Positions 1 through 9,720 of a stretch of DNA of 64,000 nt are shown here, in pieces. How positions within the stretch are numbered: the first letter of the stretch is position 1; every line of letters starts with the position of its first letter. Below the pieces are notes generated by a model. The model was not told the origin of the DNA and searched no databases. It worked only from the letters and a program-made list of their open reading frames with translations. The stretch is from Acidobacteriota bacterium (lineage in GTDB: Bacteria; Acidobacteriota; UBA890; WLXD01), in contig CBDBHB010000009.1 of assembly GCA_965205505.1 (NCBI GenBank), positions 1 through 64,000 on the forward strand, in the 5' to 3' direction. The translations under genes were made by a program, and so were the position numbers.

Positions 1-564
1 CGAGCGAACGGAAGATCGCCGATCGCAGCTGGCGCGCTACCGACGTCAACTCGCTGTCGTCCTGATACCCGTCGTCGTCGGCTCCGAGCTCGACCACCAC
101 CACACCCGGTGCCGCGAGCCGGCGTGTCAGGTCCGCGGGTTCGTCCGAGTAGTGCCGCAGCTCTTTAAACAGCTGCTCGACCTGACGTCGATCATAGCCG
201 GCCTGGACGGCGGCGATCCCGTGCGTCCAGGCAGCCGCGAAGTCGGCCAGCTGCCACCCCACGGTGGCGATGAGATAGTGTAGCTCCGCATTGCCGGGGT
301 TGAGCTCCGCGGCACGGAGGAACGAGGCTTTGGGCCCCGAGATCGTCGCCGAGCTGTACCTGTGTGCGGCCCAACCTGATAGTAGGCAGGCCAGTACCGA
401 TCGTCGCGGGCGAGGATCGCTTCAATATCGATCAGGGCATTGATCGCGTCGCCCTGTTCGAGCTTGGATACCGCCATTCGCAGCCGCGTGTCGAGCTCGG
501 ATTGCGCCTGAGCAGGCGCCACCGCCACGACCACGAGCAAGCCGATCAAGAGTCTCGATCGCAT
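1..564 (-). CDS. Secreted TPR-repeat protein, frameshifted, runs off window start
   Basis: Signal peptide MRSRLLIGLLVVVAVAPAQA. TPR-like text (WPAYYQ..GRTQVQLGD; FLRAAELNPGNAELHYLIATVAWQL) is recoverable by switching frames around 330-380. Confidence 0.6.
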
Positions 565-702
565 CGAACCCACCCCCGCTGAGCCTAAGCTTAGCAGGGC
601 CGGGCAGACTACCGGCGGTTGGGGCGCAGCACATGCTGGCGCGTTTTGCCGCCCCAAAACCGCGATGCTATGCTTGCCGACTCGGTCCGAGCTTTTTCAA
701 GT

Positions 703-776
703 GCGCCCCTAGCTCAATTGGACAGAGCGTCTGGCTACGGACCAGGAGGTTGGAGGTTCGAGTCCTCCGGGGCGCG
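703..776 (+). tRNA. tRNA-Arg(ACG)
   Basis: Acceptor stem GCGCCCC/GGGGCGC, D-arm TAGCTCAATTGGACAGAGC, anticodon loop CT-ACG-GA, T-arm GGAGGTTCGAGTCCTCC; no encoded CCA. Confidence 0.97.
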
Positions 777-823
777 CTTCGTTTTTCTGGCAGACCGGCG
801 GGAAGTGTGATGGTCTGCTCCGT

Positions 824-1308
824 ATGACGCGTCTCCTCGAGATCGACGCGTGGATGCGCCTGGCGATCGCCCAGGCGAACCAGGCGTCAGAAGAAAGCGA
901 GGTGCCGGTCGGCGGCGGTCCTGCTACGAGGCGACGAGCCGGTCGCGGTCGGTCACAACCGCACCGAGCAGCTCGACGACCCCTCGGCGCACGCCGAGAT
1001 CCTGGCGTTGCGGGAGGCCGGTCGCATCGCCGGTGATTGGCGCCTCGACGGCTCGACCCTGGTGGTAACGCTGGAACCCTGTCCTATGTGTCTGGGGGCG
1101 ATCATCATGGCGCGCGTAGAACGCCTTATCTACGGTGCACGGGACCCGCGTTACGGGGCCTGCGGCTCGGCGATCGAGCTTCCCCGACCCGGCTCTGGCG
1201 CCGCATCTACGCGAGGTGCGGCACGCGACGCATCCCGATGAGTGTGGCGAGATCCTGCGCACGTTCTTCCGGAAGCTACGCGACGGCTCAGGCGGCGACA
1301 CGGCCTAG
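824..1308 (+). CDS. tadA: tRNA adenosine(34) deaminase, two apparent +1 frameshifts (near 914 and 1185)
   Basis: Joined frames give EVPVGAV..VGHN..DPSAHAEILALR..WRL..TLEPCPMCLGAI..ARVERLIYGARDP..GACGS..ECGEILRTFFRKLR, with HAE and PCxxC zinc motifs. Confidence 0.9.
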
Positions 1309-1312
1309 CAGG

Positions 1313-1921
1313 CTACTGTCCCGAGCCTCCCGCTTCCTCGCCCGGGCCGGTGATCAGGAACAGGTCGTCGGTAGTGCCGCCGCGGCCATCCGGCCCATCC
1401 GACGTCAGGGTGTACTCGTCTTCCTGCATCCGGTAACGCAGGCCGTTACCCCACCCGTCGATGAAGCCTGTATCCGGGGGCGAGTAATAATCGGGAACGA
1501 GCTCACGCAGGCCCACCAGGTCCTCGAGCCGCGGATACGCTCCGGTCTCGGCACGGAAAACCGCCAGCGCATCGGAGACCTCCTGCATGAGCGCCAGCGA
1601 GTTGCCGATGGAGTGCAGCTGATCGGTGGTGTAGGTATTGCCGCCCATCTCGGCCCCGTCGACCATCCACGCCGACTCGCCGGCCACCAGCAGCAGCGTT
1701 ACATCGGAGCCGGCGTAGTCCGCCCTGGCGCGCACGCTGCTGTCGGCTCGCTCGATGTCGCGCACCTCGACCTGGCCGGCGGCACGCGGAAAGGTGGTGT
1801 CTAGCAATGCCTCGATCTCATCAGCCGTCGGCGTGTCCAACTCTGCCGGCGCGCATCCTAACGTGACAATCGTCAGCAGCACGGGGAGGAATCGACGGGC
1901 GCGACGCGGACGATCGAGCAT
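1313..1921 (-). CDS. Lipoprotein with C-terminal GspG/pseudopilin-like domain
   Basis: Lipobox LGC; YP..L..L..DGWGN.LRY..YTLTSDGPDG..GTTDD resembles the GspG C-terminal domain. Confidence 0.7.
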   Translation of the reverse strand: MLDRPRRARRFLPVLLTIVTLGCAPAELDTPTADEIEALLDTTFPRAAGQVEVRDIERADSSVRARADYAGSDVTLLLVAGESAWMVDGAEMGGNTYTTDQLHSIGNSLALMQEVSDALAVFRAETGAYPRLEDLVGLRELVPDYYSPPDTGFIDGWGNGLRYRMQEDEYTLTSDGPDGRGGTTDDLFLITGPGEEAGGSGQ

Positions 1922-1984
1922 GCGGTCTCTTTAGCCAAGGTCTGGAGTCGTTACCGGGCGTCGTCGCCGCGGCTCGGCGGTATT

Positions 1985-2154
1985 GTACGCCGGTGATGCG
2001 GCCGACCCTACCCTCCGGGCGACAGGGGGTTGCGCGCGCATGCTGCGTCGTTCCTCGTCAACGATGCGGTAACCATCGCCTCCTCCTCTCTCCTTGCCTC
2101 CACTTCGCAAGACCCTGTCGCCAGACCCACCACACTTTCACCACGGCCTGCTAG
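1985..2154. repeat. Degenerate MITE/REP-like palindromic element
   Basis: 17-bp inverted repeat GGCGACAGGGGGTTGCG (2018-2034) / CGCAAGACCCTGTCGCC (2106-2122); ends TTTCACCACGGCCTGCTAG. Confidence 0.4.
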
Positions 2155-2160
2155 TCCGAC

Positions 2161-3006
2161 TTAGAACGTCATCACCACCGAGCCGATGATCAACCGGTCG
2201 CTGCGGCCGACGATGTATGGCGCCGGGGGGTTGCCCGGAATGCTATCGATGATCAGGACCGGCGGTACGTTGTCGGTGCGCAGGATGCCGCTGATACGCA
2301 ACGCGAAGAGCTCGCTCATATGCGCGGTGATCGCGGCGCGGCCGTTGAAACGGTAATCGGTGCTGTGCTGCAGGTTGGTGAGAAACTCACCGCCGACGCT
2401 GAACTCGGAGGTGGAGGAAAGCCCCATCTTGATGTCGAGGCCTAGACGACCCACCACATAGTTGTCCAGTGGTGCGGAAACCTGAGTCTCACGCGTCAGG
2501 CCGACGCCCGCCTCGCCCACGACTGTGGCGCGGGCGTTCTCGATGAAACGAACGCCCAGACCCGCGTGGCCCGTCAGCCGGTTGTCGATCCCGGCAGCGC
2601 GGTCGCGAAACCAGTCGCCGCCGAGGAACCAGAAGACGTTGCCGACGAAGTTCTGTCGGTACTTGAGGCCGAACTCGTAGCGCCGCGCCGTCGTCTCGCT
2701 GGTCAGGGTTTCGCGCACTGTACCGTTCGGGCGATTCACCAGCTCGCGTCGCGTGGAGGTCAAGCGGTAGACTTCTCCAAAGACGATGATCTCGGAGTAG
2801 TCTCCGTTGATGATGAGCCGGTCGGTGAACGCCAGCGTCGTGCCGGCGCTGTTTCCGGAGGCACTGACCAATGCGAGCTGTGCCTCGTTCGTCCAAGCCT
2901 TACTCGGCGGCGCGACGCCCAAATCTTGGGCCTCTGCCGGTATGGAGAAGACGAATGCGCCGAGGAGACAGAGCGCTGCTGCACGTTGCCAACGCGAGTC
3001 GAACAT
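2161..3006 (-). CDS. DUF481 (YdiY-like) outer-membrane beta-barrel protein
   Basis: Signal peptide, SASGNS..T, W.RDRAAGID, alternating beta-strands, terminal Phe. Confidence 0.8.
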   Translation of the reverse strand: MFDSRWQRAAALCLLGAFVFSIPAEAQDLGVAPPSKAWTNEAQLALVSASGNSAGTTLAFTDRLIINGDYSEIIVFGEVYRLTSTRRELVNRPNGTVRETLTSETTARRYEFGLKYRQNFVGNVFWFLGGDWFRDRAAGIDNRLTGHAGLGVRFIENARATVVGEAGVGLTRETQVSAPLDNYVVGRLGLDIKMGLSSTSEFSVGGEFLTNLQHSTDYRFNGRAAITAHMSELFALRISGILRTDNVPPVLIIDSIPGNPPAPYIVGRSDRLIIGSVVMTF

Positions 3007-3181
3007 TCCCACCCCGATCTGTCGCGCCACGCCAGCCTGCCCCCGCTGCTGGCGTCGCAAGTGTATTCGACCGCCCCGTTTCTCCTAATCAGGTTAGTAA
3101 GGCGAAGGAGCGCTGTCCAGACGCATACGCTGTCTCCGACGGTGAATCTTCGCGCGGCGGAGTGCTGCCGTAGGCTTCGCT

Positions 3182-4162
3182 GTGCACTTCCAGCCAGCTG
3201 GTAGGGCACCCACCGGTGCCGCAACGAATAGAATCGTCGTCGCACTCGCGCCGCGTCGAGCGCGTCCTGCGGAGCCTCTTGTCTTGTCGCTTCAGATCGG
3301 CACTCTTCTCTGTTTGCTGACCATTCCGTTCGCCGCGGTGAACTCGTTGCACCATGCGCTGGCCCGCCGTCCGGTGCCCAACCGACGGCGCATTCATGCA
3401 GTGAACTTGCTCGTCGCCATCGGCTTCTTCGGGTTGGCCAACGTCGCGCAGGCCAACCCCGGCAATTCGGGCAGCTCGCTCGTCTTCGCGCGCCTGTGGC
3501 TGCCGATCGTCTATTTCTGGTGGGCCTACTCCTGGGCCGGGCACACGCTGCACCTCTTTCACCCACCGGAGTTCTCTTACGACCGGCCGCTGATCGACCT
3601 GGAACAGCGGCTGTTCGGCAATCCCAGCCTGTGGCTGGCGCGCGGCCGCCCGGCGTGGCTCAACGAGCTGATGCATATCTCCTACTGGCTATACCTGTTC
3701 TTTACCCCAGTGCTCGGCATCGCGCTGTACGCGGCAGGCGATTTCCAGCGCTTCGAGGCCATGGGACTGGCCGTGTGTCTGGGCTACGTGATTTGTTATT
3801 CGGCCTATCCCTGGATGCCGCTCTGGGGGCCACGCTGGGCTCTGGTTTCGGAGGGCCTGCTTCCCGAGGCCGAACGGCTGCTGCCGGGACACCTGATCAC
3901 CGGTTGGACGAACCGGATCATGTGGAGCTCGACCGCGCACAAAGGGGGGGCGATGCCCAGCGCCCACAGCTCTACCTGCCTGGTTTTCATGGTTTGGTGT
4001 TGGCGGATCTGGGGGGTGAGTGGCGCCCTCGCGGGCGGCGTGATCGGCGGCCTGATGTTCGTGAGCACGGTGTACGGTCGCTACCACTATGTGGTTGACG
4101 TGCTCGCCGGAGTAGCCGTTGGCCTGGTGTCGCTCGGCCTGGCAGATCTGCTCACGCGATAG
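3182..4162 (+). CDS. PAP2-superfamily membrane phosphatase/phosphotransferase (IPC-synthase-like); start uncertain
   Basis: AMPSAH and STVYGRYHYVVDVLAG motifs; multiple TM helices. Confidence 0.85.
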   Translation: MHFQPAGRAPTGAATNRIVVALAPRRARPAEPLVLSLQIGTLLCLLTIPFAAVNSLHHALARRPVPNRRRIHAVNLLVAIGFFGLANVAQANPGNSGSSLVFARLWLPIVYFWWAYSWAGHTLHLFHPPEFSYDRPLIDLEQRLFGNPSLWLARGRPAWLNELMHISYWLYLFFTPVLGIALYAAGDFQRFEAMGLAVCLGYVICYSAYPWMPLWGPRWALVSEGLLPEAERLLPGHLITGWTNRIMWSSTAHKGGAMPSAHSSTCLVFMVWCWRIWGVSGALAGGVIGGLMFVSTVYGRYHYVVDVLAGVAVGLVSLGLADLLTR

Positions 4163-4579
4163 CTACAGCGTCGCGAGCAGCAACAAAAAGAGCGCCGTGT
4201 TGATCGCGTGGCTGGTGAAGCACAACGTACAGCGGACACCGAGCACGTAGATCAGCGAATAAGACAGATACGCAGCCAGCACGACGGTGGCGGCCGCAAC
4301 GGCCAGGTAGCCGTACACCCACGGTCGTTGCAGGGCGGCGCCGTCCGACACACCGATGAGCAGCGCCAGGTAGTACACCTGTCCCAACAACGAGTTGGGC
4401 ACACCGAATACCCGCGCCTGCGGGGTGAACACCACCAGCGTGCAGGTGCCCTCGTCGAGTCGACAAAACGGCGGGATCCACTGCGAATCAGGCCGCATCC
4501 AGCGGAACGCTACCGCGGTGAAGTAAGTGGAGACCAGCAGGCCAGTCAGCGCCATTACCAGGAACAGTGATTCGATCAT
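4163..4579 (-). CDS. Vitamin K epoxide reductase (VKOR) family protein
   Basis: Loop cysteines C(RLDEGT)C, FGVPNSLLG, active-site CTLC in the last TM helix. Confidence 0.85.
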   Translation of the reverse strand: MIESLFLVMALTGLLVSTYFTAVAFRWMRPDSQWIPPFCRLDEGTCTLVVFTPQARVFGVPNSLLGQVYYLALLIGVSDGAALQRPWVYGYLAVAAATVVLAAYLSYSLIYVLGVRCTLCFTSHAINTALFLLLLATL

Positions 4580-4637
4580 CGCTGCGCTCAGCCTAGTATT
4601 GATGAGGACAGAACGTCCCAGCGCAGGGGAGGGTTGC

Positions 4638-5312
4638 TTGAGATTATCTACGCCAGACCGTTGGCTACTTGCTGCTACGATCGAAGCGGTCCTGAGCCTC
4701 GGATCGTGCGCGCCGGCGCCAACCGGCACGGTCCGGCTGGTTGACGGCAACACGGTCGAATTTCCGGCTACCGTGCAATCGAGCGCTTTTGCTCAAGGAG
4801 ACACCGCCGGCTACCACCTCGTGGTATGGCGCGGTGGGCGAGCCACCGACCACGCGCTCTTTGTCGCCAGCGTAGGTGACATTCAAGTCATCGACGCTCT
4901 CGAGTCGCTCGGCGCCGCGCCCGGCGATGCACTCTCCATCGACACCTGGGAGCAACGCCACGACACCGAGGCAGCGGCTCCCGATCGAACGATCGAGGGT
5001 CCGAGGGTCGAGCTGGAGTTCTTGCTGCCGGGATCCGAGCAGCCACTAGCGCTCGACGAGTTCCTCGACGATTCCGGAGATCGCGGTTTCGACATGCGCT
5101 TCGGCGGCCATCGCGGCAACATCGATGCGTGGCACTCCGGCTGCGTCGTATGCCTCTATTCGTGCCCGGGCAGCAAAGTAGGCAACGCGCGTTATACGGT
5201 GCGCGACTTCGTCGCCGGTGGGCCGCATTTTACGGTGCGCCCGGGCATATTGCCCGCCGACGGAAAGGAGGTTACGGTCCGACTACGGTTGGTCGAAGGG
5301 GGGGTCTCATGA
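4638..5312 (+). CDS. YdjY-like Cys-motif lipoprotein; start uncertain
   Basis: LGSC lipobox-like sequence, ALESLGA.PG, GCVVCLYSCPGSKVGN. Confidence 0.55.
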   Translation: MRLSTPDRWLLAATIEAVLSLGSCAPAPTGTVRLVDGNTVEFPATVQSSAFAQGDTAGYHLVVWRGGRATDHALFVASVGDIQVIDALESLGAAPGDALSIDTWEQRHDTEAAAPDRTIEGPRVELEFLLPGSEQPLALDEFLDDSGDRGFDMRFGGHRGNIDAWHSGCVVCLYSCPGSKVGNARYTVRDFVAGGPHFTVRPGILPADGKEVTVRLRLVEGGVS

Positions 5313-5339
5313 AGGTACTGCCCAGCCTGGCGGTCTACG

Positions 5340-6116
5340 TCAACGTTGTTGCATCCGATGCACCGCTTGCGCCACGAGCGCACGCGGCGCGCAGCGAACC
5401 GACAACGCCATCAGGCGATTCTTGAGCCCGGGTATGAACACCCTGCGCCCACGCCACAGCGCCGCATAGCCGGCGGCGGCGACCGTTGCCGCATCGGGAA
5501 CGCCCGCCGGCACCGGAAGTTCGTCGCGCCCATGCAACACGGCGCGAAACTCGGTCAGCGTAGGACCGGGGCAGAAAGCACTCACGACGATGCCTGCGTC
5601 ACGTACCTCCTCGGCGATCGCCTCGCTGAAGTGGAGGACGAAGGCCTTGGTCGCAAAGTAGACGCTCATCAGTGGCCCGGGCTGGAAAGCCGCCGTCGAA
5701 GCCACGTTCATGATCCAGCCCCGGCGACGTTGACGCATCGTCGGTAGGAACAGGCCGGTAAGTCCGACAAGGGCGCTAACGTTCACCTGGATCATCTCCA
5801 GCTGGCGATCGAGATCCGTGTCGGCGAAGCTTCCCGAGCACCCGAACCCGGCGTTGTTGACAAGGACATCGATCTGCAGGCCGCGTTGCTGAACACTCTC
5901 GTGCAACGCCCGCGCCGCGCCAGCCGCGGCCAGGTCCGCGGCGATCACAGCCACCTCCACATCATGGGCATCAGACAGCTCGGCAGCCAGCTGCCGGAGC
6001 CGGTCCTGGCGCCGTGCGGTGAGCACCAGGTCGTGGCCGTCGGCGGCAAACAGTTTGGCCAGCTCGAAACCGATGCCGCTGGAGGCGCCGGTAACGAGCG
6101 CCGTGATCTTGCCCAT
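5340..6116 (-). CDS. Short-chain dehydrogenase/reductase
   Basis: TGASSGIG, NNAG and YFATK motifs. Confidence 0.95.
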   Translation of the reverse strand: MGKITALVTGASSGIGFELAKLFAADGHDLVLTARRQDRLRQLAAELSDAHDVEVAVIAADLAAAGAARALHESVQQRGLQIDVLVNNAGFGCSGSFADTDLDRQLEMIQVNVSALVGLTGLFLPTMRQRRRGWIMNVASTAAFQPGPLMSVYFATKAFVLHFSEAIAEEVRDAGIVVSAFCPGPTLTEFRAVLHGRDELPVPAGVPDAATVAAAGYAALWRGRRVFIPGLKNRLMALSVRCAPRALVAQAVHRMQQR

Positions 6117-6240
6117 CGTCGTCTTCTCCCTCGCCGAGGTTGTTCTGGACGATCACGCTTCGCTTCGGTTCCGGGATTCCCGCGATCTGCTCGCCTATAA
6201 TCCGGGCGGGCGCGAGCGTACAAACCCTGGGGAGCTCAGC

Positions 6241-8349
6241 ATGATCCGACAACGCCGCATTGCTCTCGTGATCGCGTGCGCGATCACCGCCGTAGTTTCT
6301 ATCAGCAGCGATGGCAGCGCCCAGTTTGCCACTCGCGCTGTCAGCCTGACCGACTACTACGAGCTCGTCGGCGTGAGCAGCCCTGCGATGGCGCCCGACG
6401 GAAGCTCGGTGGCGTTCGTTCGAACTGTGGCCGTGGAGGCGGAAAATACACGGCGGGCCGAGCTCTGGCTGGCGGATTCACGCGACGTGATCCCGCCCCG
6501 GCGACTTGCCAGCGCCGCGTTCGACGCCAGCAATCCGATCTGGAGCCCCGACGGACGGCTGCTCGCATTCACCTCCGGACGCGGGGTCACGCAGGAGATA
6601 CCGGGCAGTATCTGGTTCCTCGACTTGCAACAGGGTGGCGAAGCGTTTCAGATCGAGGGCGTCGAGGGCAGCCCGGTCTTTAGCCCAGACGGACGCTGGA
6701 TCGCATATACGCGAGCTACACCGCCAACCGGCGAGGCGGCGGCGCGCACGCGCTCCGGACGTGGAAGCTATGAACGAGATTCCGAGCTCGAGCAGCTGTT
6801 GCGAGATCGCTTCAATGGTCTGATCTACGACTGGCTCCAGTACCGGTTCGACCGCCGCGGCTACCTCCCCGACCCGGCCGATCCGCTTGCGTCACCGCCG
6901 CGCGAGCTGTACCTCGTTCCGCGCGCCGGCGGGCCGCCGCGCCAGCTGACCCAGCTGGGCTTCGATGTCGGCGACGTAGCGTGGCACCCGGACAACGAGC
7001 GGCTCGTCTTCTCTGCCGATGAGCATCAGCGTGACGAGTTCACCTACCCGCGGCACGACCTCTGGGCGGTCGATTTCGCCGGCAGTATCGAACGACTTAC
7101 CGACGACGGATTCGTCAACAGTCGGCCGCGGTGGAGCTCCGACGGTTCGACGGTGGTCTATCGGGGCGTCGAGGGGCTCGACGCAGTCATCGAAGCAGAG
7201 CGCGGCCGCGGAGCACCAACCGACCTGTACGCGCTCGACGTCGCCGGCGGTGTAGCCCGCAACCTCACGGCGTCTTGGGACCTCCGACCCCGCGCCCATG
7301 AAGTGAGTGCCGACGGCACGGTGCGCTTTAGCGGCGGGACCGGCGGCCAAAACGATCTCTTCTCCGTGCCGGTTGCCGGCGGCGCCATTCGGCAGCTCAC
7401 GGACGGTCGCCGGTGGCTCGCGGGCGTGAGCTTCGGCGCTGATCCGCGCACCTTCGCCTACACCTCCACCACGAGCACGTCGCCGGCGGAGCTCTACGTG
7501 ACGCGGCCAGACAGCGGTGAGACCCAGCTCACCCGGTTCAACCAGCTGCTGGTCGCGAACACGATGCCAAGGGTCGCCCGCCCGATCGAGTACCCCAGCA
7601 ACGACGGCACGTTGATCGAAGGTTGGGTCATCCTGCCGCCGGGATATGCACCGGATGAAGGCCCCTACCCGCTGATCCTGAACATCCATGGCGGGCCGCA
7701 CGGCGCCTTCGGCGAGCGCTACTCGTTGGAGTTTCAGCTCTGGGCGAAGGAGGGGTTCGTGGTGCTCTACACGAACCCGCGCGGGTCCAGCGGATATGGC
7801 GAGGACTTTCTGTGGGCTACTTGGGGCGGTTGGGGCGGCTTGGACTACGAAGACGTGATGTCGGGCGTCGACTACGCGCTGCAGAACTTCGCCATCGACG
7901 AGGAGCGTCTGGGGGTGTCCGGCTACTCTTATGGCGGCTTTCTGACCAACTGGATCATCACCCAGACCGACCGCTTCGCAGCGGCGATTTCCGGCGCCGG
8001 GATCTCCAACTGGCTCAGCGACTATGGAACCGCCGACATTCCGCGCACCAAGGAGTCGGAGTTCTACGGACCGCCCTGGAAGCCGCGCAGCGGCGATCTA
8101 CTGTGGGAGCAATCGCCCATCAAGCACGCCGATGGCATCTCGACTCCGACCTTGATCATTCACGGCGAGAGCGACTATCGCGTGCCGATCGAACAGGGTG
8201 AGCAGATGTATACGGCGCTACGCAAACAGAGGGTGCCGGCGAGGATGGTTCGCTATCCCGACTCCTACCACGGTGGCTGGCGTCCCTGGGACATGGTGCA
8301 CCGGTACTCCGAGGAGCTGACTTGGTGGAACAAGCACCTGGGCAACTAG
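6241..8349 (+). CDS. S9 family (prolyl oligopeptidase/acylaminoacyl) peptidase, secreted
   Basis: PD40-like WSPDG repeats, IHGGPH, GYSYGG nucleophile, HGESDYRV, catalytic His. Confidence 0.95.
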   Translation: MIRQRRIALVIACAITAVVSISSDGSAQFATRAVSLTDYYELVGVSSPAMAPDGSSVAFVRTVAVEAENTRRAELWLADSRDVIPPRRLASAAFDASNPIWSPDGRLLAFTSGRGVTQEIPGSIWFLDLQQGGEAFQIEGVEGSPVFSPDGRWIAYTRATPPTGEAAARTRSGRGSYERDSELEQLLRDRFNGLIYDWLQYRFDRRGYLPDPADPLASPPRELYLVPRAGGPPRQLTQLGFDVGDVAWHPDNERLVFSADEHQRDEFTYPRHDLWAVDFAGSIERLTDDGFVNSRPRWSSDGSTVVYRGVEGLDAVIEAERGRGAPTDLYALDVAGGVARNLTASWDLRPRAHEVSADGTVRFSGGTGGQNDLFSVPVAGGAIRQLTDGRRWLAGVSFGADPRTFAYTSTTSTSPAELYVTRPDSGETQLTRFNQLLVANTMPRVARPIEYPSNDGTLIEGWVILPPGYAPDEGPYPLILNIHGGPHGAFGERYSLEFQLWAKEGFVVLYTNPRGSSGYGEDFLWATWGGWGGLDYEDVMSGVDYALQNFAIDEERLGVSGYSYGGFLTNWIITQTDRFAAAISGAGISNWLSDYGTADIPRTKESEFYGPPWKPRSGDLLWEQSPIKHADGISTPTLIIHGESDYRVPIEQGEQMYTALRKQRVPARMVRYPDSYHGGWRPWDMVHRYSEELTWWNKHLGN

Positions 8350-9302
8350 CAGTCCGTGTGGCGGTCTCGCTCGCCGTGGCGACGGTGAGCCTCTCGCCGA
8401 GCCCCTTCGCTCTTCCAGCCGCTGCGAGCCCGCGATCCACGACGGTCGTCCAGCCCATTGCCACACTTGGCGGGGCCCCAACGGCTCAGTTGCCACCGCG
8501 CCTGCTTACTGACGCCGACGGAGCGCCGCTGCCGTTCGAGTCGGACGCCGACGTGTTGGAGTTCCTGCGCTCCGCCGAAATTGTCTCGCAGAAACGCTAC
8601 GACGAGGGCGGGCGGCCGATCGCCTTCAATGACGCCGACGAGTTCGGCCGCGGAACCTATCTAGTTCGCCTTCGGCTGGGCGCCGTGGAGCTCGATGCGG
8701 TCTTCCGCAGCATCGAAGATCGTCTCGGGGTGGCACGCTTCGTGGATGGGAGCACCGAGGTTCACTTCCGCGACAGCGGCCTTTTCGAGTGCGCCGCGTA
8801 CGAGCTGAGCACCCTGCTCGGGTTGCACCAGGTGCCGCCGGCGGTGCGCAGACAGATCGGCCCGGTCGAGGGTAGCCTGCAGATCGTCATCCCGACATCG
8901 TTCAACGAGTCGGATCGGGTAACGCGCGGTCTCACCGACCCCTCGTCGCAACGTTGGAACAAGCAGCTCGCGACGATGAACACGTTCGACGCGCTCATCG
9001 CCAATCCCGACCGCAACCGCAGCAACCTGCTGTACGACCCGAGCTGGCGGGTGTGGCTCACCGATCACTCGCGCGCATTTCGGGTATCCACGCGCCTCGA
9101 TGAAGCGCCGCTGCAGGCGATCGAGCGTACCTTCTGGATCAGCATGCGCGCGGTTACAGCGGAGGCGATCAGCGACGCGGTGAGCGACTACCTGAGCGAC
9201 AGCGAGCTGACCGCGCTTCTCGAGCGTCGCGACCGTCTGGTAGCGCACTTCCAGTCGCTGACCGAGCAACGCGGCGAGCAGATGGTGGTGTTCGGCTACT
9301 GA
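8322..9302 (+). CDS. Secreted protein with PI3/4-kinase/HipA-like fold; start uncertain
   Basis: ECAAYELS..LG..VPP, FDALIANPDRN.SNLL, WLTDHSRAF. Confidence 0.6.
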   Translation: MVEQAPGQLAVRVAVSLAVATVSLSPSPFALPAAASPRSTTVVQPIATLGGAPTAQLPPRLLTDADGAPLPFESDADVLEFLRSAEIVSQKRYDEGGRPIAFNDADEFGRGTYLVRLRLGAVELDAVFRSIEDRLGVARFVDGSTEVHFRDSGLFECAAYELSTLLGLHQVPPAVRRQIGPVEGSLQIVIPTSFNESDRVTRGLTDPSSQRWNKQLATMNTFDALIANPDRNRSNLLYDPSWRVWLTDHSRAFRVSTRLDEAPLQAIERTFWISMRAVTAEAISDAVSDYLSDSELTALLERRDRLVAHFQSLTEQRGEQMVVFGY

Positions 9303-9420
9303 CCCGGTTGGGGGGCTAAGAGGTTGCTTGGGGTGCTTTGCTGCCCGGCCCCGGGGCGTGGATGCCGGGCACGAGAACGAGAGCCCCGATGCTATCCTAG
9401 GCGCGCTCGACGGCCAGCTC

Positions 9421-9518
9421 GGAGGGGTAGCGAAGTCCGGCCGTAACGCGCTCGACTCGAAATCGAGTTGTCGGCGTAAAAACCCGGCACGTGGGTTCGA
9501 ATCCCACCCCCTCCGCCA
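9421..9518 (+). tRNA. tRNA-Ser(CGA)
   Basis: GGAGGGG/CCCCTCC acceptor, anticodon arm CTCGA-CTCGAAA-TCGAG, long variable arm, GTGGGTTCGAATCCCAC, encoded CCA. Confidence 0.97.
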
Positions 9519-9720
9519 CTCATTTTCTCTAAGTCATTGTAATAAAACAAGATACTGTGACGATACCTCGCAGTATATACAATTTCAGCAACAAGACCAG
9601 ACAAGAACTCATGGGTACCAGAGACCCAGTTTAGGAACGACTGGATCGTGGTCATGCTGGACACCAAGCCGTAATGAGAATCCTGGCGCCGCCGCAGCGA
9701 TCGACAACCCCGCGGCGGGT

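Noticed and set aside
824-1308. tadA (and the TPR gene) as true pseudogenes
   Set aside because: Single-base insertions in short runs within an otherwise intact, normally essential gene are more likely sequencing errors.
9328-9720. N-terminal extension of the 761-aa ORF
   Set aside because: It reads through tRNA-Ser and the AT-rich junction; almost certainly a chance open frame.
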